In this document: one piece after another, positions 1-8,820 of the stretch
Layout: every line of letters begins with the position of its first letter
How positions within the stretch are numbered: position 1 is the first letter of the stretch
DNA from: a virus
Taxonomy: Duplodnaviria > Caudoviricetes
Strand: one strand, 5' to 3'
DNA: 40,804 nucleotides
Virus record (IMG/VR): IMGVR_UViG_3300037419_001256
Location: 1-40,804 of that record
The notes under the pieces: model-generated
Database searches by the model: none
Told to the model about the DNA's origin: nothing
The model's input: the letters and a program-made list of their open reading frames with translations, nothing else
Program-made: the position numbers and the translations under genes

Positions 1-122
1 GCGCTTGGCGTCCGCCCACATTCTTTCCTTGGGCTTGTCGTCGTAGGTGTCGTCCGCCCGAACCGATTCCAGCGTGGAATTGAGAACGTCCTGCCTGTCG
101 GGCCAGCGCCTCAGCGCAACGT
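1..122. repeat. Terminal overlap, identical to 40683-40804 (circular contig, unit length 40682 bp)
   Basis: Exact match of the first 122 nt with the last 122 nt; the portal frame is continuous across the join. Confidence 0.95.
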
Positions 123-630
123 CGAGATCGTACCAGGTGACAATCCCGTCATAGCTCTTGTCGCTCAGGTCCGGCCTTGCCGAATGCGGGTCATGGAAAT
201 AGCGATCCCACGCAATCTGGATCAGCGCCGGGTCGATGCCCTTCTTCGTCTGCTTGTGGCCGACCATGATCGCGCAGGTGCCGGGAGTCAGAAGATCATC
301 CCATGCGGCGCTGCGCTTCTCGTCCCATTTCTCGGTGTCGCAGACGAAGCGGATTGAGTCCGTCGCCGCGTTGGCCGCGTCCTCGTCGTCCGGGTTGCGG
401 GGGAATGCCTTCGGGTCTTTGCGCTGCTGCCTCTCCAGTCCGGAGAGATAATCGACCTTGCGCTGGATGCGGTTGTAGGTGACGACCGGCTGCTTACGCT
501 TCTTGAGCTCGTTTTCCTCGTCCGATGTCCACTGCTTGCCGTCGCGGTAGTCGATGTCCCGTTCGGCGAGCTTGCGGGCGTCGCGTGTGGCGTCTTCCGA
601 CTCCTCGAACATGTGAACGAGATCGGTCAC
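1..630 (-). CDS. Portal protein, N-terminal part (continues at 40682-39357; about 651 aa in total)
   Basis: GTG at 630 overlaps the terL stop (in-frame ATG also at 642). Reads MTDLVHMFEESEDATRDARKLAERDIDYRDGKQW...TYNRIQRKVDYLSG...DPKAFPRNP, a P22-like portal N-terminus, open to base 1. Confidence 0.88.
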   Translation of the reverse strand, partial: MTDLVHMFEESEDATRDARKLAERDIDYRDGKQWTSDEENELKKRKQPVVTYNRIQRKVDYLSGLERQQRKDPKAFPRNPDDEDAANAATDSIRFVCDTEKWDEKRSAAWDDLLTPGTCAIMVGHKQTKKGIDPALIQIAWDRYFHDPHSARPDLSDKSYDGIVTWYDLDVALRRWPDRQDVLNSTLESVRADDTYDDKPKERMWADAKR

Positions 631-2084
631 GCCACCTTCCATGAACCCGTCTCCTCAGTGGTTTCGTCCCAGCGGTCGCGCGGCTTATTCTTGTCGATCG
701 TTCCCGCCAGCGCCGGATGTGCCTGGTCGATCGCCCGTCCGATGAGGGACGCCGTATCAACCTCATCGTCGTGCTTGCCGGCGGGAAAGCTCAGGAACTC
801 GCTCAGGTCGGCGTGCGGTTCGAGATAGACTCGCCCGCTTGCGGCCATTGCCTGAAAGCTTCTGGCACGTGTCGGCTTGTCGGCCACGCTCGGCAGCCAT
901 TCCAATCGGCAGAACACCCGCCGCTCCAGCATCCGTCGTCTAAGTGCCGGTTCGATTGCCTTCTGGATCACCCCGCCCTCGCCGAACCACGCCAAGGGCT
1001 TGTATTGCTTAATCAGGTCAAGCTTGCGTTCGATCCACACATCAGAGGTGGCCTGCCCGCGCCACCCATCGACACGGTAAATGCATCCTCCCGCGTCGAT
1101 CCCCCAGACGCGATGGACCGTATAGTCGCCATCGCCGTCCGTGACCGCGTAGTCGCTCGATCCGTAGTAACGAAGAGCGGGCTTCGCTTCCCATTCCTTG
1201 AACCAGGAACGCTGAAAGAACGTGCCTTCGTCGGGCTGCGGCCGCTGCTGATACAGCGCCGACCATTCTCTCGGTCCAATCGTGGCCTTGATGCGGGCTA
1301 GGGCCTGCTCGTCGTACCATTCGGGCCAGAGCGCCTTGCCCTGAAGATCCAGCGCCGGGAGTTCGAGCACATCCCACTGCTCAGGCTCAGTTTCGAGCAG
1401 CCGACCAGCAAGATCGTCCTCGTGCCAACGCGTCTGGATAAGGACAATCGCGCCTCCCGGCATCAATCTGGTGAATAGGGTCGAGCGGTACCAATCCCAA
1501 ACAATGTCCCGGCGCCGCTCGCTGTCCGCCTCTTCGCGATCCTTGAACGGATCATCGATCAGGGCGATATGCGCGCCGCGGCCCGTGACCGCCGTTCCCA
1601 CGCCCGCCGCTACATAGGCGCCGCCGTGGTCGGTGTTCATCCGGTTCGCTGCGTAACTGTCCGTTGCCAGTGAGACGTTCGGGAACACCTCGCGGAACTC
1701 CGGCTCATCCACGATATTGCGGACGTTCCTGCCGAAGTCGTTGGCTAGGTCTGAGTTATAGCTTGCCGCGATGATCTGCCGCGTTGGCTGACGACCCAGG
1801 CACCATGCCGGGAATCTCTTGGATGCCAGTTCCGACTTCCCATGCCGCGGGGGCATGAAGATCATCAGCCGGTCAATGTCCCCTCTCTCGACCGCCTCAA
1901 GCTTGTCGCAGATCCGCCTGTGGTGCTCGGCCGAGCGATAAAGGGGATTCGTGTATTCAGTGAACGCGAGAAGCGACCGTTGCGACTCCCTGCGCTTCAG
2001 TTCCTTCACTAGCCGCTCCAGCTCGGCCAAGGAGCGGGGCGACGGCTTCTGTGAGGGCTCGGATGCGGTCGATGAGTTCGTCAT
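627..2084 (-). CDS. terL: Terminase large subunit (true start may be about 2030)
   Basis: Walker A MPPRHGKSEL, Walker B ALIDDP, coupling motif TRW, C-terminal nuclease region with HDDEVD; directly upstream of the portal. Confidence 0.95.
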   Translation of the reverse strand: MTNSSTASEPSQKPSPRSLAELERLVKELKRRESQRSLLAFTEYTNPLYRSAEHHRRICDKLEAVERGDIDRLMIFMPPRHGKSELASKRFPAWCLGRQPTRQIIAASYNSDLANDFGRNVRNIVDEPEFREVFPNVSLATDSYAANRMNTDHGGAYVAAGVGTAVTGRGAHIALIDDPFKDREEADSERRRDIVWDWYRSTLFTRLMPGGAIVLIQTRWHEDDLAGRLLETEPEQWDVLELPALDLQGKALWPEWYDEQALARIKATIGPREWSALYQQRPQPDEGTFFQRSWFKEWEAKPALRYYGSSDYAVTDGDGDYTVHRVWGIDAGGCIYRVDGWRGQATSDVWIERKLDLIKQYKPLAWFGEGGVIQKAIEPALRRRMLERRVFCRLEWLPSVADKPTRARSFQAMAASGRVYLEPHADLSEFLSFPAGKHDDEVDTASLIGRAIDQAHPALAGTIDKNKPRDRWDETTEETGSWKVA

Positions 2085-2331
2085 CCGACATCTCGATCTC
2101 GCTGTTGACGTTCAGGTTCACGTCTTTCGGAAGCAGGGATGCGATCACCTTCAGATATTGGTCCGGTTTCTCGGCACGGACCTTCTCGACCGCAGCAATC
2201 CCGTGCTCGTTGAAATCATCATAAAGCGCCTGGATGAACGCCTCGCCAAGCTTATTGCGAGCGCCCTTTGGCCGTCCGCCCATTCCAGTATGGCCCACTA
2301 TGAACTGGCCGGTGTCGTTGCGGTCACTCAT
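1957..2331 (-). CDS. terS: Terminase small subunit
   Basis: GQF..G..GGRPKGARNKL N-terminus typical of TerS; position just upstream of and overlapping terL. Confidence 0.75.
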   Translation of the reverse strand: MSDRNDTGQFIVGHTGMGGRPKGARNKLGEAFIQALYDDFNEHGIAAVEKVRAEKPDQYLKVIASLLPKDVNLNVNSEIEMSDDELIDRIRALTEAVAPLLGRAGAASEGTEAQGVATVASRVH

Positions 2332-2629
2332 AATCGGTTGTCGCGCTCGTGCAGGGCTTTCCTGTGACCTTCGCCCGGATATAGCCCTTGATTGTCTCGC
2401 CCGAGCTCAAGACGGCCGATGCGAGAATGTAATGCGTTCCCTGATTGCTTGCGGTCACATTGAAGCTCACGCTCGTTCCGCTGATCGATGGTGTTCCGAT
2501 TGTTAGCGTGTCGCTCGTTATGTCGCTGTCCGTGATCGTGTTCGTCCCAACGGCGCCGGACAGGTTAAGCGTTACTCGCCTTACCTCATCCTCGATCATG
2601 TCGGGGAGCTCGTCGGGTCTTAGCTGCAT
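2324..2629 (-). CDS. Small Ig-like/beta-rich virion accessory protein (101 aa)
   Basis: 3' part of ORF 2324..3061 from ATG 2629 (MQLRPDELPDMIEDEVRR...); S/T-rich beta strands; coupled to its neighbours. Confidence 0.55.
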   Translation of the reverse strand: MQLRPDELPDMIEDEVRRVTLNLSGAVGTNTITDSDITSDTLTIGTPSISGTSVSFNVTASNQGTHYILASAVLSSGETIKGYIRAKVTGKPCTSATTDYE

Positions 2630-3054
2630 GTGACATCGAGCTCGCCAACGGAGAAGATCGGCGTTGTTCCGACCTGCATTGCGATGGAGGAAGTGAGCGC
2701 TCCATAAAGCAGCAGCGTTCCGTTGCCCGAAGAAGCTGTTCCTATTCCCACGTAGAGAAGATCGCTGCCCGGACTCGCCGTGCAGATCGGGAAGGCAATC
2801 TCGGCGTCGTTGCTGCTCGTCCCGCTTGCCGCGGTCCATCCGCTTGACGTTCTGACGACGGCCTGCCTTGCGTAACCTGTGTATGCTGTTTCGCTGGTCG
2901 CCTGGTTGCCCGACGTTCCGGGGCTTGCCGTGTGGAGGCTGATGTAGAGATTCCCGAGCGGAGACGACGCGGCATTGTCCGCGATGTTCGCGATCGCCGT
3001 CCCCTCCAGGATGAGGGCGAGGAGCTGATTGGCGAAACTGGTTGTAACGCTCAT
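2620..3054 (-). CDS. Virion fibre-associated structural protein (144 aa)
   Basis: LYISLHTASPG...ETAYTGYARQAV motif, typical of a widespread phage fibre-associated domain. Confidence 0.6.
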   Translation of the reverse strand: MSVTTSFANQLLALILEGTAIANIADNAASSPLGNLYISLHTASPGTSGNQATSETAYTGYARQAVVRTSSGWTAASGTSSNDAEIAFPICTASPGSDLLYVGIGTASSGNGTLLLYGALTSSIAMQVGTTPIFSVGELDVTCS

Positions 3055-3413
3055 CCCGCACTCCGAATGGTGAAGCTTTGAGGCATGGCCTTGAGGGTCA
3101 TCGAACCCTGCATCGCTCTCAGCTCAAATGACTGTGGAATTGCCGCCAGCACTATTGGGCGTCCCGCAACCTTGAGATCGCCGGACACCGTGAATGTAAT
3201 CGATGCCGTTGCCGTAAGGGCCTGGTGAACGATCAGCGTGCCCGAAACGGGAAACGATATTCCGACCGTGGCGACGGGGTGGACAATAGACCCGATCGTT
3301 CCCGAAGCCGTGAACGTAATCGTTGCGGTGGCCGCAAGGGCCGCGCTTACCGCGGTGAGGCCGAACGACCCACCGCTAACGGATCGTGCTGAGATCGGCG
3401 ACAATCCCAGCAT
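3051..3413 (-). CDS. Putative structural protein, A/T/S-rich beta repeats (120 aa)
   Basis: MLGLSPISA start and repeated ATATITFT-SG units; ATGA-coupled to the next gene. Confidence 0.5.
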   Translation of the reverse strand: MLGLSPISARSVSGGSFGLTAVSAALAATATITFTASGTIGSIVHPVATVGISFPVSGTLIVHQALTATASITFTVSGDLKVAGRPIVLAAIPQSFELRAMQGSMTLKAMPQSFTIRSAG

Positions 3414-4463
3414 TTAGTACTCATACCCAATCAGGGTGACCGTGTTGCCCGCCGTGGCCGTTCCGATCTGGCTGATTCCGAATTGCATATTGCCGGAGAG
3501 CTCGAATCCATCCGGAAACGTCACGCAGTTGCCGTTCGTCACATTGGCCGTCGCGAGATACGTTCCAGCAGCGCACGTCGCGATCAGCGGGCTATTGGCC
3601 GCTACCGCTCCCGTCGCCGTGATCCTCAGGTTGCAGACAACGCCCTGGCCGGCGGCGCCCGCATTTTTCGTGCTCACACTAAGCGATTGCAGCCTGAGCC
3701 TCTTCCCAGACGTAACCGCAAACGTCGTTCCGGTTGCTCCCGCAGTTCCGTCCGTGATCGGGGTCAGCGTTACAAGCGCCTCGCTCGTTGCCGCTGTGAA
3801 GCTTGCCGAAAAAACCCTCAGGACGCGCCCCGCATCCTTCAGATCCTGGGTCGAGAGGCCCGTTGAACCCTGCGTTCCCTTGGTGAGAGTCGGCGGGGTG
3901 ATCGTCACCGTGCCCGAAACAGGCACCGCGCTCGCCCTCAATTGGGCATCCGTTAGAGGCCCGGACACGGCGAATGTACCGCCGCCGGCGTTGGCCGTGA
4001 CAGTGCCGGAAACGGCCACGGTCGAAGCGATCGACACAGGCTGCGTCGCTTGCCAGAACGTGCCCGACACCGGAACAGCGGCAGCCCTCAGCTGCGCGTC
4101 CGTCAAAGGACCGCTTACATTTACAGTGGCGGCGATGCTGACCGGTTGTGTGGCCTGCCAGAAAGTGCCGCTGACCGGCACCGTTCCCGAAATCCCTACG
4201 GTTCCCGATATTGGCTGGGTGGCTTGCCAAAAGGTTCCCGACACCGCGACCGGCGTTGCGCGCAGCTCGGCGTCCGTTAGTCCGCCCGACGAAGATCCGC
4301 CTCCGCTGACAATCGAGACGGGCAGCGGGTTTGCAGAACTTACGTCCGTCGCTGTCCCGTCCTGTCCGAACGTGACCTTGATCCGGTCGTAATAGACGGC
4401 GCCGATCTCATCGGCAGCCATGCAAATCGCGGCAGAGCGGCCGCGCATATAGTTGTCTGGCAC
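3414..4463 (-). CDS. Beta-strand repeat fibre/spike-like protein (349 aa)
   Basis: Three copies of VSGTFWQATQP(I/V)S and three of LTDA(E/Q)LRA..V.VSG; N-terminal DVSSANPLPV. Confidence 0.6.
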   Translation of the reverse strand: MPDNYMRGRSAAICMAADEIGAVYYDRIKVTFGQDGTATDVSSANPLPVSIVSGGGSSSGGLTDAELRATPVAVSGTFWQATQPISGTVGISGTVPVSGTFWQATQPVSIAATVNVSGPLTDAQLRAAAVPVSGTFWQATQPVSIASTVAVSGTVTANAGGGTFAVSGPLTDAQLRASAVPVSGTVTITPPTLTKGTQGSTGLSTQDLKDAGRVLRVFSASFTAATSEALVTLTPITDGTAGATGTTFAVTSGKRLRLQSLSVSTKNAGAAGQGVVCNLRITATGAVAANSPLIATCAAGTYLATANVTNGNCVTFPDGFELSGNMQFGISQIGTATAGNTVTLIGYEY

Positions 4464-4530
4464 GGTCCCTCCCGGGGGAGCTGACGCTACGCCTCCCTCA
4501 CAAATTCAAATGAGTCTCTGAAAGTGACCG

Positions 4531-4644
4531 TTACGCACGCCGGCTCTCGATCATCGCCATTGCGCTATCGGCCAATGCGAAGAACATGCCGACCATCAAT
4601 GATGCTGTCGCTATCTCTGCCGACTTGAGCAGGAACTTCACCAT
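4531..4644 (-). CDS. Small hydrophobic protein (37 aa)
   Basis: Manual translation MVKFLLKSAEIATASLMVGMFFALADSAMAMIESRRA; purine-rich upstream sequence. Confidence 0.35.
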   Translation of the reverse strand: MVKFLLKSAEIATASLMVGMFFALADSAMAMIESRRA

Positions 4645-4786
4645 CTCAACTCGTCTCTGTCGTTCACAGGCTCCGGCAGTTTTGCCACCAGGAAAAACCG
4701 CTCGATCATCTCAAATGGGATCGTGAACGGTCGCTTCCATGACCATGTTCTGTATGACGGCGCTGGATAGGTCGGCCGCCACCAGA

Positions 4787-5044
4787 TCACGGCTTCCTCA
4801 GCAGCTTGCGAAATGTCTTGGCGAGATCGTCGATCGTCATCTGGTCAATCGGCTCGCCGTCGTATTTCAATCCGCCAAACCGCTGGATCGAGGTCTGGTA
4901 GATCACCGCGCCCAATAGTCTCTGCTCGCCCGCTGTCCCTGAATGCTTTGCGGCCGCCAGGTATGACAGAGCTCCGGCTATGCCCGCGCACTCGTCGGCA
5001 AGTCGGTGAATCGCATCTGCAATCTCCGACGCCGTTTCGTGCAT
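4787..5044 (-). CDS. Hypothetical protein (85 aa)
   Basis: ORF 4787..5146, most plausibly starting at ATG 5044 (MHETASEIADAIHRL...). Confidence 0.5.
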   Translation of the reverse strand: MHETASEIADAIHRLADECAGIAGALSYLAAAKHSGTAGEQRLLGAVIYQTSIQRFGGLKYDGEPIDQMTIDDLAKTFRKLLRKP

Positions 5045-5199
5045 TGGATCAGCCCTTCGAACTATGAGAGCTTTTCGAGCGCGATTCATCTCGGCGCTCC
5101 GTGGATGAAACCCGCCAGTCAGTTGCGCGTCGTGACCGCACTTCAATCAGTGCGTCGGTCTGAGAGGCAGTGCTGGCGGGGACCGCTTGCGCGGATATG

Positions 5200-5236
5200 A
5201 AAACGGGCCCGCTCCAGCTCTTTGCTGCGGGGCCCG
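5200..5236 (-). terminator. Intrinsic terminator in the late leader (tR'-like)
   Basis: Stem CGGGCCC/GGGCCCG followed by TTTT on the minus strand, downstream of the putative late promoter. Confidence 0.5.
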
Positions 5237-5294
5237 CCGTGTTCTCCGTTAGCTCACTTCTGCGCTGGGCGCATTTCTGAGCATTGCATTTCGT

Positions 5295-5323
5295 CCCCTA
5301 GCACAGATCGGGAACAAAAGCAA
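5295..5323 (-). promoter_or_regulatory. Putative late promoter (pR'-like)
   Basis: TTGCTT-17 bp-(GC)TAGGGG, an alphaproteobacterial-style sigma70 promoter, just downstream of the Q-position gene. Confidence 0.35.
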
Positions 5324-5344
5324 GCGAAATATTCACCGCATCGT

Positions 5345-5359
5345 GAACGTATGCGGAAC
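5345..5359. promoter_or_regulatory. Possible alphaproteobacterial LexA box
   Basis: GAAC-GTATGCG-GAAC (GAAC-N7-GAAC), intergenic. Confidence 0.35.
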
Positions 5360-5402
5360 CAACGCGCAGGTCAGGCATTGGTTGCATGGCTCTTTGAAAT
5401 CG

Positions 5403-6068
5403 TCAGGCAGCACGGCGCTCGAATCGTGCGGGAAGTTGTCCATCTACCAGCGCGCAAAGCCCCCGAATCGCTGCGTTCAGCAGCTCTCTATCATGCAGTG
5501 AGGGAAACATGGCGCACGACACGAGCCGTCCGCGCTCACGCAGACCTTCCGCAATCAGGGCGTCGGCCCATGTCGCGTTCGCGCCCTCAGGCGTCGTTCC
5601 AATGAGCGGGTCCACCAGGAGCGTGATGAGCACCTCGCGCTCATAGTCGCCGAGCCCGTCATTCATGCGGTCAAAGATGATGTCGGCTTTCGTTTGGCAG
5701 GCAATATTTTCGCTCTTGTCGCCACGCTCATAGCCGGAGACCTTGGCCCCGCGTCCGCCGTAACAGAGCAGCGCTGCGTAGTGACAGCCCCAGAACCTTC
5801 CCGAGCGGACCATTTCAACCGGATCATGGCCGTGCCCGTCGAATAGTCCCAAGGCCGCCATTTGACCCACGGCATCGCAAATCTCGCTGTCGATCTCACC
5901 ATTGCGACCATCGAGCCGCTTATCCACCGGAGGATTGACGAATGAGAACAACTTGCGCAGCGCCATGATGCGCTCGTTAGGTCGGCCGCGATCATCGGCC
6001 ATGACATCCGCCTTAGCGCGGGAGCGCCGGTTGCCCTTGCGCGGACCAGGTTTACGCGGTCTGCCCAT
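5403..6068 (-). CDS. Putative late-gene regulator (lambda Q position)
   Basis: Last gene of the cro-replication operon; basic N-terminus MGRPRKPGPRKG; function inferred from position only. Confidence 0.45.
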   Translation of the reverse strand: MGRPRKPGPRKGNRRSRAKADVMADDRGRPNERIMALRKLFSFVNPPVDKRLDGRNGEIDSEICDAVGQMAALGLFDGHGHDPVEMVRSGRFWGCHYAALLCYGGRGAKVSGYERGDKSENIACQTKADIIFDRMNDGLGDYEREVLITLLVDPLIGTTPEGANATWADALIAEGLRERGRLVSCAMFPSLHDRELLNAAIRGLCALVDGQLPARFERRAA

Positions 6069-6216
6069 ATTTTCCCTCCCCAAACATCTCCGTCAATATC
6101 CGCTGCAATTCCTCGATCCTGCCCCTGTTCTCAGCCTGCATTTCACGCCTGACCTTCAATTCTGCTTCGTATCTCAGACGAAGAGATTCCCAGCTTGCAG
6201 GATCGCAGCGGTTCAT
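6052..6216 (-). CDS. Hypothetical protein (54 aa)
   Basis: ATGA-coupled to the replication gene stop; MNRCDPASWESLRLRYEAELK... Confidence 0.5.
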   Translation of the reverse strand: MNRCDPASWESLRLRYEAELKVRREMQAENRGRIEELQRILTEMFGEGKYGQTA

Positions 6217-7061
6217 GCGGCCCTCACGCTTTTCAGGATTGAGCCTGCAACATCGCCGATGGATGCGGCGTATTTTCGCCGGACTTCCTCGGCTTTCTCA
6301 ACATCTCCCCTGTCGGTGTAGAAGCGGACCATGTTGCTGACTTCGACTGCCGTCGGCGGGCGCAACTTCTGCGAAGACGGCGGCGCATTCCCGAACTTCT
6401 GCGCTCGCATCACCGCATCATGGCGGGAGATGATCCTGTTGGCCCAGGTGCCGCGCCAGTCGCTCTTCATTTTGCGCTCTGAGCGCCAATAGCATCCGAA
6501 GGCCTCGCCCTCGGTCTGGTAGCTCGCTTCCGTCCATTGCTCGGCACAGGCCCTCGCCATTGGCGGCAGTTCTGAAACTGGAGGGGGTGCCCAATCTGAA
6601 GGGATCAAATGCTTCCCATCAGCCCGCTTGCGGGTGGGTGTTTCTTTCTTCCCTTTTTCCCTTCTTTGTTCTGTGCCTCGCGTCTGCCTTGCGTCTGCCT
6701 CTTCCGGCGCCTCGTCCGCTGCCTCACAAGGAACAGCGTCTGCCTGATATTCGCTATATTTACAGATGGTTATGACCGCGACGCCTGCCTCACACGCTGT
6801 CTCGATCATCGCCTCGGCTCTGAGGCGTTTCCAAAGTCGCTCAACCCACGCTTTGTCGCGATCCAGAGCCCGCGCCATGTCGCGCTGAGAGACTGCTAGC
6901 TGCCCGCGCTGAAGCTCGATCTTGTGGCCCTTGTAACGCACGGCCTTTGGCCGCCATTGGGCCTTGACGATCATCCATGCGAAGGCCATCGCCTCAGCGT
7001 CGTTGCGGAACGCCGGATGCTCCTCGAAGAGCGGTCTGTGAATGCGGACGTAGCCGCTCAC
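6213..7061 (-). CDS. Replication initiator (lambda O-like)
   Basis: MSGYVRIHR...IELQRGQLAVSQRDMA winged-helix N-terminus; internal iteron-like repeats; C-terminal DW.PP...DWRGTW domain. Confidence 0.8.
   Translation of the reverse strand: MSGYVRIHRPLFEEHPAFRNDAEAMAFAWMIVKAQWRPKAVRYKGHKIELQRGQLAVSQRDMARALDRDKAWVERLWKRLRAEAMIETACEAGVAVITICKYSEYQADAVPCEAADEAPEEADARQTRGTEQRREKGKKETPTRKRADGKHLIPSDWAPPPVSELPPMARACAEQWTEASYQTEGEAFGCYWRSERKMKSDWRGTWANRIISRHDAVMRAQKFGNAPPSSQKLRPPTAVEVSNMVRFYTDRGDVEKAEEVRRKYAASIGDVAGSILKSVRAA
6642..6797. promoter_or_regulatory. Putative replication origin inside the initiator gene
   Basis: Multiple (C)TGCCT(C) direct repeats at 6674-6795 next to a pyrimidine tract (TTTCTTTCTTCCCTTTTTCCCTTCTTTGTTC), as in lambda ori. 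Confidence 0.6.
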
Positions 7062-7177
7062 CCGCGCCTCCGCTCGATCTCTTGAACCGCCTCGCTATGG
7101 GTATAAGTCTTCCACCACGTGAGGTAGTTGTAGAGCGACTGAAGGTTCTCTGGCAGGCTGCGGTAATACCTGTTCAT
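7058..7177 (-). CDS. Hypothetical protein (39 aa)
   Basis: MNRYYRSLPENLQSLYNYLTWWKTY...; coupled on both sides (ATGA and GTGA). Confidence 0.5.
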   Translation of the reverse strand: MNRYYRSLPENLQSLYNYLTWWKTYTHSEAVQEIERRRG

Positions 7178-7605
7178 GCCGCAAGCCTTTCCCGCAATGC
7201 CCTCAGGTCCGCCTCGATCTCGGCGTCCTCAAGCATCCGCCTCTGCGTGCAGCGGATCGCATGGAGAACCGTGGTATGGTCTTTCAGGCCGAACCGCTTG
7301 GCGAGGTCGGGCAGCGATTTCGGGGTGAGCTCGTAGGCGAGATACATCGCGACCTGGCGAGCACCGGATTCCTCGCGGGTGCCGCGTGCCGAAGCCATGA
7401 TCCTGACGGGGATCTTGTAATAGGCCGCAACGAGCGCCTGGATATGCGTCACCATCAACCTTGCCCCGGTGGGTGCGCCGCATGTCGGGCAAAGGGTCGG
7501 GGCAAGGACGGATTCGCGCGTAAGCGGCTTCTCCATCGCCACCACGACTTCGGGCTCGAACTTGAACGGAGGCGGGGGTGCAGTACGCGCGTTACTCGTA
7601 ATCAT
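7174..7605 (-). CDS. DnaA C-terminal (domain IV)-like DNA-binding protein
   Basis: ARQVAMYLAYELTPKSLPDLAKRFGLKDHTTVLHAIR matches the DnaA domain IV signature; preceded by CPTC. Confidence 0.85.
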   Translation of the reverse strand: MITSNARTAPPPPFKFEPEVVVAMEKPLTRESVLAPTLCPTCGAPTGARLMVTHIQALVAAYYKIPVRIMASARGTREESGARQVAMYLAYELTPKSLPDLAKRFGLKDHTTVLHAIRCTQRRMLEDAEIEADLRALRERLAA

Positions 7606-7841
7606 TTCCCACCCTCCGAATTGCACGCGAACTCGGGAAACATCTTCCCTTTCATCCGCTTAAGCTCGCTAAGCAGGTGCGTGACTCCATACGTTTCTGC
7701 GATCTTCGAGCATGAGGTCTTGTCGAGGAATCCCGCTGCTGAAGCGGTGAGAAGATGCTGCTCCGCATGAAGCTCGCGCTGCGCCAGTGAGTAGGCGATC
7801 GCCGGCGGCACGGGCCGATCTACGGTTGCGCCCATGCTCAT
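7602..7841 (-). CDS. Hypothetical protein (79 aa)
   Basis: ATGA-coupled to the rusA stop and to the next gene. Confidence 0.5.
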   Translation of the reverse strand: MSMGATVDRPVPPAIAYSLAQRELHAEQHLLTASAAGFLDKTSCSKIAETYGVTHLLSELKRMKGKMFPEFACNSEGGK

Positions 7842-8230
7842 AGCTGTACCTCGATCACGACCTTGCCGTTGGGAACGACAGCGCCCCACTCAATTCCCGT
7901 TGGACGAAAGAACTTGTCATCCACGCCCAGCGCCATTGCGATCCCGTCGCGGTGCGGCTTCAGCCTCGCGTCCACCCCGTCGCGGTCGTAATTGTAATTG
8001 GCTGGCGGGTGGGCAACCTGCTTGAGGATGATGTCGCTCTTGCCGTCATGGATGAACTTGAACGTGGGGCCGAACTTGGCGCCCAGGGCAGCCTTCGTGA
8101 TCCAATAGGAGGTGTCCTTGGACGCCTTCGTGAACCGGCTCTTCTCGGCCCAATGCACACGCGCGTTGGGCGAGAGCTTAGGCGACGGCCAGCCTAGTTC
8201 GATGATGATTTCCCGAGATTCCCCCCCCAT
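7838..8230 (-). CDS. rusA: RusA-like Holliday junction resolvase
   Basis: LGWPSPKLSPNAR, PP...DRDG...K...DGIA.ALGVDD pattern of the RusA family. Confidence 0.7.
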   Translation of the reverse strand: MGGESREIIIELGWPSPKLSPNARVHWAEKSRFTKASKDTSYWITKAALGAKFGPTFKFIHDGKSDIILKQVAHPPANYNYDRDGVDARLKPHRDGIAMALGVDDKFFRPTGIEWGAVVPNGKVVIEVQL

Positions 8231-8234
8231 CTCT

Positions 8235-8378
8235 CTATGTCCCGCCCAATGCTGGTGAGGGTGGCAATCCAAGCTCCTCGCGAAGCTGCCGCGCCTTGGC
8301 GAGAATGCGTTCGCGCTGCGCCTCTTGCCGACGCTTCGACAGTCGGCGTGCGGCTAGCGATGTGAGGAAGCGGATCAC
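8235..8378 (-). CDS. Hypothetical basic protein (47 aa)
   Basis: MIRFLTSLAARRLSKRRQEAQRERILAKARQLREELGLPP from GTG 8378. Confidence 0.45.
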   Translation of the reverse strand: MIRFLTSLAARRLSKRRQEAQRERILAKARQLREELGLPPSPALGGT

Positions 8379-8499
8379 CGCACAGCTCCGTGCGTCACGA
8401 GAACAATGGCGACCCATGTTCCGCACAGGATTGCTCCTGCGGTGAAGTTGATGAGGCCCCATGCGTAGTTTAGCCCGAGACGCATACACATGCGGAGGA

Positions 8500-8820
8500 T
8501 CACGCCGCCTTCTCCTCAGGTGGCGGCATGGGAAGCGTGAGGGAGCGTTGGCGGCCCTTGAGGGCGCGTTCGGTGTCGGATTCCGAGATAAGTTCCGGGA
8601 GCTCGGGCCACGCCTCAAGTGCGCGGAGCCAGGAAACAACGCTCATAGCGTTCTCGCCGGCGATGTATTTCGACACCATGTCGTCGTCCTTGAGGCCGAA
8701 CACGACGCGCATGTCGTCAGAGCTAAGGCCGCGGGATCGCTTCACCTGCTGCAAGGCGTAGCCAATGTCGCCGAGAAGTTCGTCGCGCGGTTTTCCGAAG
8801 ATTTTCGGAGCGCTGTTCAT
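8500..8820 (-). CDS. HTH regulator, CII-like position
   Basis: LQQVKRSRGLSSDDM...VSKYIAGENAM HTH-like segment downstream of cro. Confidence 0.55.
   Translation of the reverse strand: MNSAPKIFGKPRDELLGDIGYALQQVKRSRGLSSDDMRVVFGLKDDDMVSKYIAGENAMSVVSWLRALEAWPELPELISESDTERALKGRQRSLTLPMPPPEEKAA

Noticed and set aside
1-122. 122-bp terminal repeat as a biological direct terminal repeat
   Set aside because: It falls in the middle of the portal gene and is best explained as the overlap of a circular assembly; true ends need read-coverage analysis
2630-3061. N-terminal 144 aa of ORF 2324..3061
   Set aside because: Off-frame overlap of the 2620-3054 gene; only the part from ATG 2629 looks protein-like
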